Positions 58,690 through 64,000 of a DNA stretch of 64,000 bases are shown here, piece by piece. The DNA is from Orbicella franksi (Eukaryota), in contig OZ116698.1 of assembly GCA_964199315.1 (NCBI GenBank), positions 5,146,001 to 5,210,000 of the forward strand, read 5' to 3'. Every line of letters starts with the position of its first letter. The first letter of the stretch is position 1. The notes under the pieces are model-generated. The model was given only the letters and a program-made list of their open reading frames with translations, was not told the DNA's origin and ran no database searches. A program made the position numbers and the translations under genes.

Positions 58690-61600
58690 GATCTGCAATT
58701 CTTGTTTAAGAATGGCTAGTCAGGAATCAAGCGTTGAGATAAGTCAGTTCACTAGTACAGCGGAAATGAGATTTCTATATGGGCGGATGAAGTAGATGAG
58801 TCTGAAAAGCGTGCTACACCTGTTGCAGTCCCAGAAGTATTACAAAACCTATCGAAGAAGGGCGTGGAATTTCAAGAAGTTCACTTTTAGGGCATACACG
58901 AAGATAAGCCGAAATTAGTTAGAAACCAATCGATTTACTTCTCAGTTGACACTGTTATCACGAGCCAAGTTATCCTCAAGGCTTTTGAGTGAGCTGGAAC
59001 TGACATTGGCGAGATTATTGCAGTGCAAAGGAAGGTAGGTAAGGTAGGAAAGCGTCTAATAGCTGGGTTGTCACATTCGATTCGCCGGTGACCAAAGAAG
59101 CGGCGTTAGAAGTTGCCAGTATTGAAATAGAGTACATTGCAGTTTTCTTAGGCGACTGCGAACACCGTCTGGTTTTAGTTAAAATGTATGAGGCCCTGGA
59201 AGAGCTCCCTAATACGGCTTTAATCGGCAGTTGTTACATTATGGCCGTGTACTCAGCTTTCACCGTGATCTGATTGCCAAAGGTATTTATAATAGGGTTC
59301 GAACGGCCCACATGGAATTACATCGCCACATTCCATTAATCATCAGTTTGGCCGGTGAAGTTGTGCGCATTTGGTACCCCAATCAGCCAAAAACCTGTCG
59401 TAATTGCAGTTCAAAAGATCAGCTTGTCAAAAATTGTTCATCAGCACATTGTCAAAACTGCAAGCAGCCAGGGCATCGCTCTGACGATTGTCCTGAAGCC
59501 AATATGTGTGATGTTTGTAACGGTTTCGGTCATTCAATGGCTGATTGTCCTTATGATCTTTTCAGTGCCAATGTTGCTACTAAAGTCAAGCCGGTTTCCG
59601 AGCGGAAGAGTGATGAAGAAGAAGAGGAGAGTGAGAAAGCGAATCGGGAGGCTTTGAAGGTCGAACGGGAGAGAAGGTAAGCAGAACATCGGAAGAAGCA
59701 ACAACAGAAGTCCCAGGAGCAAAGAAGTGAAAAAAGGCACGGCCAACGTGGTGATGAAAATGAAAGATCTCGTGATGAGTGGCCACACGTGAGTGATAAA
59801 GGATCTCGTGATGAAAGGCCATGGGAGAAAAGACCACGCGAAGATCGGCCACGCGATGAGCGCAGAGCACATACGGATAGGATGTCAGAGGATGAAGACC
59901 GAAGTGGCAGGCGACGTGATCGTGATGATGATCGGCGAAGAGAAAGAGAGCGGGAGGACCAACACCGAGATCGAGATTATGGTCGGAGAGATTGTGCGCT
60001 GGATTGTTCTTCGCATCATGATCCATGCTATTCTGATGATGAGGATGGGGATTACAGATGGACTCTCGTATCTAGATGTAGATGCCGGTATGATGATGAT
60101 TAAGATTGATCAATAGTCTCACTATTATTTCATTAAATACAAGAGGCATCTTTTCCCCAAGGATACTGCAAAGTATAGTCCATGAATTGAACCTTTTGAA
60201 CTGCGATATTGTTTTCCTGCAGAAGACTCATATCTCTTGCAGAAAGCAGGCTGGTTGTTTTGAGCATCTTTACTCTGGCCAGTGTTTCTGGTCTTTTGGT
60301 ATCGGCAAGTCTGCTGGTGTTGCTATTCTTTTCTATTTCGGTTTTTCAGGTAAAATTCTTTGATTTTTGACTGACTGATGCCAGATTATTGAGCTTATTG
60401 ATTGATCTTAATGGTTTTAAACTTAATCTTGTTAATATTTATGCTCCTAATGCAGTTTCAGATCGTCAAGTTTTTTTCTCTCATTTGCATGATTATTTTC
60501 TTTTGCGAGGTGACTTGGTTATCGGGAGAGATTTTAATTGTGTTGACAATGTTTTGGATCAATTGAATTGTTCTGTTGTTTCTTTGTCCGATCAAAAACT
60601 CTTTTGTTCTGTAGGTGCCGATTTCTCACTCACTGACATTTGCCGTAAACTTAATCCATGTGGTATTGTTTTTACTTGGTCTAATAATCATCACATGCAA
60701 GCGTCTAGAATTGATCGTTTTATTGTCGCTAATAGTTTAGTCTCAAAGACTAGTTGCGATATTTTGCCATGTGTTTTATCTGATCATGATTTTGTTAAAT
60801 TTGGATTTACTGTTAGTTCCTCTAAGCGTGGCTCTGCCGTTTGGAAGTTTAATAATTCTTTGCTTCCTGACATTGAATTTTGGAATGTTTTGTTTAAAGC
60901 AATTGCCGATTTGAAACTTAGAATCCCTGATTTCGCTTCCTTGCGAAAGTGGTGGGATAGCTTAAAAACTGAAATTCGCACTAAAAATGCTCAGCATTTG
61001 AACCGTGATCCGAGCTTAATTAATGATGTGGAAAGTAGACTGTCTCCTCTCATCTCGAGGGAGGCCGAGGGTGCTAAAATTCGATCCTGTGCCCAATGGT
61101 TTGAAGAAGGTGAGAAACCGACACGCTATTTTTTTCGCCTTGAAAAGAAGCGGGCAGATGTCAACACTTTTGAATCTCTTTTTGATGAAAATAGCGTTGT
61201 TAAAATGTCACAGAAAGATCTCGAAAATATTCTAATGTGTTTTTACAAAGACTTGTTTACTGAAGACTCTGAATATGCAAATTCAAACCGAAATAACTGA
61301 CGATCTGGAACTTTCTCTGACTGATATTGAGCGTGATTTGTGCGCAGGTGCTTTTTCTAAAGATGAATTGTTTACTGCTTTGAAAGACCTTCAGACTGGC
61401 AAATCGCCTGGGTCTGACGGCCTTTCAAAGGATTTTTATGTTTGTTTTTGGGACGATCTCGATGATTCTCTCCTTTCAGTTTTAAATGAGTCCTTTCGTG
61501 CTGGCTGCCTTGCTGATAGTAGGAAGGTCTCTTACGCCTTATCCATAAAAAGGATGATCGGCGTCTTCCGAAAAAATGGCACCCAATTTCTTTATTAAAT

Positions 61601-62637
61601 ACAGATTACAAACTTGTGTCTAAGGTTATTACCGAACGTTTGAAGAAAGTGATGAGTTCTATTGTCCACCAAGATCAAATGTGTGGTGTTGGCCGCACTA
61701 TTTTTTCTAATTTGTCTTTACTCCGTGGTGTTCTCGATATGATTGATAAGACCAACGAACCTGGTATTCTTGTCTCTCTTGATCAGGACAAAGCCTTTGA
61801 TCGTGTTGATCACAATTTTATGATGCGTGTTTTACGGAAGTTTGGCTTTGGCCCTTCCTTTTGTAATTGGGTTGAGTTATTTTATGCGAAGGCTTTTTCC
61901 CGTATAATTGTTAATGGCTCCCTGTCTCCCCCTGTTTTTCTTCAGAGGGGTGTTAGACAGGGCTGCCCACTTTCACCTTTACTTTATGTTTTAGTTTCTG
62001 AGGTCTTATTGACACATATTCGTAAATGTAATGATATTGAAGGTTTCCTTCTCCCTGGAGCGGGGCGCCTTCAATATAAAATTTCACAGTACGCTGATGA
62101 TGCCACTAGTATTTTGAAATCTAAAGGACCTCTTTGTTCTCTTCTTAGTGTTGTACATAAGTTTTGAGCAAGGTTTGGGTGCCAAATTGAATACTTCTAA
62201 GTCGGAAGCAATGTGGCTTGGGAGGTGGCGTGCGAGGGGGGATTCCTGCTTCGGCCTTAAGTGAGTTAATAAGATGAGGGTTTTGGGTGTCTTTTTTTCT
62301 AATGGTTTAGTCGGTGCTGATCATGATAACTGGCAATCTAAACTTGATAAACTTAACTCAATTTTGAATCTTTGGAAACAGAGAGATCTTTCTTCTGTAG
62401 GCAGAGCCTTAATTGTTAATGTACTGGGTGTGAGTCACCTATGGCATGTTGCTAAAGTCACTCCTCCGCCCCACTGGGTGTATGATAAATTTAAGTGTAT
62501 TTTGTGGCCCTTTATTTGGAAGGGCAAAATGGGAAATGTCAGTCGCTATCGTTGTTGTGCGCCCCTAGCATCTGGGAGCCCTAATATTGTTAATTTTGAA
62601 GTCAAGTGTGCTAGTTTGTGCCTTTTCAATTTTTTAA
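58690..62637 (+). mobile_element. Tx1-group element J (ORF1 ~58766-60103 with R/D/E-rich tail; ORF2 60106-62637, 3'-truncated)
   Basis: VRIWYPNQPKTCRNC triple knuckle; ISLNTRG, IYAPN, SRIDRF, WKFNN, LDQDKAFDRV, GVRQGCPLSP, QYADD. Confidence 0.88.
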
Positions 62638-64000
62638 GGAGGGAGAGCTGACTGTTCTTGAATGTCACGCTGCTCTTTTACAAATGGCATCGGGTAAATC
62701 ACCGGGAACAGATGGCTTTCTGGCCGAATTTTATTCCCCGTTTTGGGGTCTTCTCGGACGGATTTAATGGATACGCTCAATGTTTCTTTCTGCGAAGGTT
62801 TTCTTTTGGCGTCGCAATGCCGGGGAATTCTGCATTTACTGTTTAAGAAAGACGATCCTTCATTGCTAAAGAATTGGCGTCCTATCTCGCTTTTGAACCT
62901 TAACTATAAGATTGCGACAAAAGCCTTGTCCAATCGTATACGCAAGGTTCTCCCTAATATCCTCAGTGAGGATCAAACCTGTGGCTTCCCTGGTCACAGT
63001 ATATTTGAAAACCTTTTCCTTTTATGGGACACCATCGATTTCGTCTGGTTTAAACAGCTGCCTGCAGCTGTTATTAGCCTAGACTACGACAAAGCTTTTG
63101 ATCGGGTTAACCACATTTTCCTTCGTGTTCTCAAGAAATTTAATTTCGGCCCAGACTTCCACCACTGGGTTCGAGTGATTTACATGGATATAACCTCCTC
63201 GGTAATAAACAATGGCTGGCTTTCCTCGCGTTTTTCCCTCCAGCAACAGGTTAGCCAGGGTTGTCTGCTTTCACCCCTTTGATATTGCCTTGTGGTTGAA
63301 ACTCTAGGTCAAGCCATTCGACGCAATACGAGCATACAGGGAATTCAAATCCCGGGCTCTAAAAATAAACAATGTAAAGTGTCTCAGTATGCTGATGACA
63401 TGACTTTAATATTAGCTAATGATTACTCAATAACACGCGCTTTTAATCTTGTTAACATTATCAAGCAGGCATCAAGCTCGCGGCTTAACCCCAAAAAAAC
63501 AGAGGGCTTATGGGTTGGCTCTCAAGCCAGGCGTACCTCAGGACCTGTTAACATCACCTGGGTTGCCGATAAGCTTAAAATCCTCAGTATTTATCTTGGT
63601 AACACTAACCTTGACCAAGCTAACTGGGCTGATTGGGTGTCTAAACTTGAAAAATGCCTTAACCTCTTACACACTAGGACCTTGTCCTCAAAGGGCAAGT
63701 CCATGATAATAAACATGCTCGGAGCCTCTGGCCTCTGGTACACGGCCACAGTGGTCAATATGCCGGACTGGGTTAACACAAGTGTCCAAAGCAATTTGGA
63801 CCTTTTTGTGGTATGGGAAAACCGAACTAGTAAAATGGGATACCTGTCAACCCCCCTGGCAACACAGTGGTTTATCCATAGTAAATCCTCTTGAGAAATC
63901 GCGTGCCCTCAAACTCAGATGGGTCCCCCTGTGGGTGATTTATTGTGCGAGAAAAAATGGGTCTTTTTCACGCGTTATTGGATCGGCTTTCCCTTGAGCT
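62638..64000 (+). mobile_element. Tx1-group element K, second copy of the A family (RT region), runs off the window
   Basis: Aligns along 1134-2480 with high identity by eye. Confidence 0.9.

Overview
Eukaryotic (animal) DNA; the repeat content suggests a cnidarian such as a stony coral, but that is inference. No ordinary host gene is present. The window is a decayed tandem array of U2 snRNA, U1 snRNA and 5S rRNA genes (original unit roughly 1.5 kb, remnants of about three units) inflated to more than 60 kb by stacked Tx1-group (L1-clade) non-LTR retrotransposons. One set inserts into U2 at nt ~37 (Keno-like). A second set inserts at the very 5' end of U1 and duplicates U1 nt 3-18/19 (four junctions visible). 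DNA transposons are nested in these: piggyBac, a Sola-type element carrying an intact 5-exon BEN-domain gene, Harbinger and a THAP fragment. Two Penelope-like elements are also nested, one apparently endonuclease-less with a minimal hammerhead ribozyme. The most striking unexplained signal is in the 3' UTRs of all three U1-targeting elements whose 3' ends survive. They keep a covarying tRNA-T-arm-containing fold, followed by a hairpin displaying C-AUUGCAC, the U1A/SNF-binding loop of U1 stem-loop II. The retrotransposon RNA therefore appears to mimic part of the snRNA whose gene it targets.
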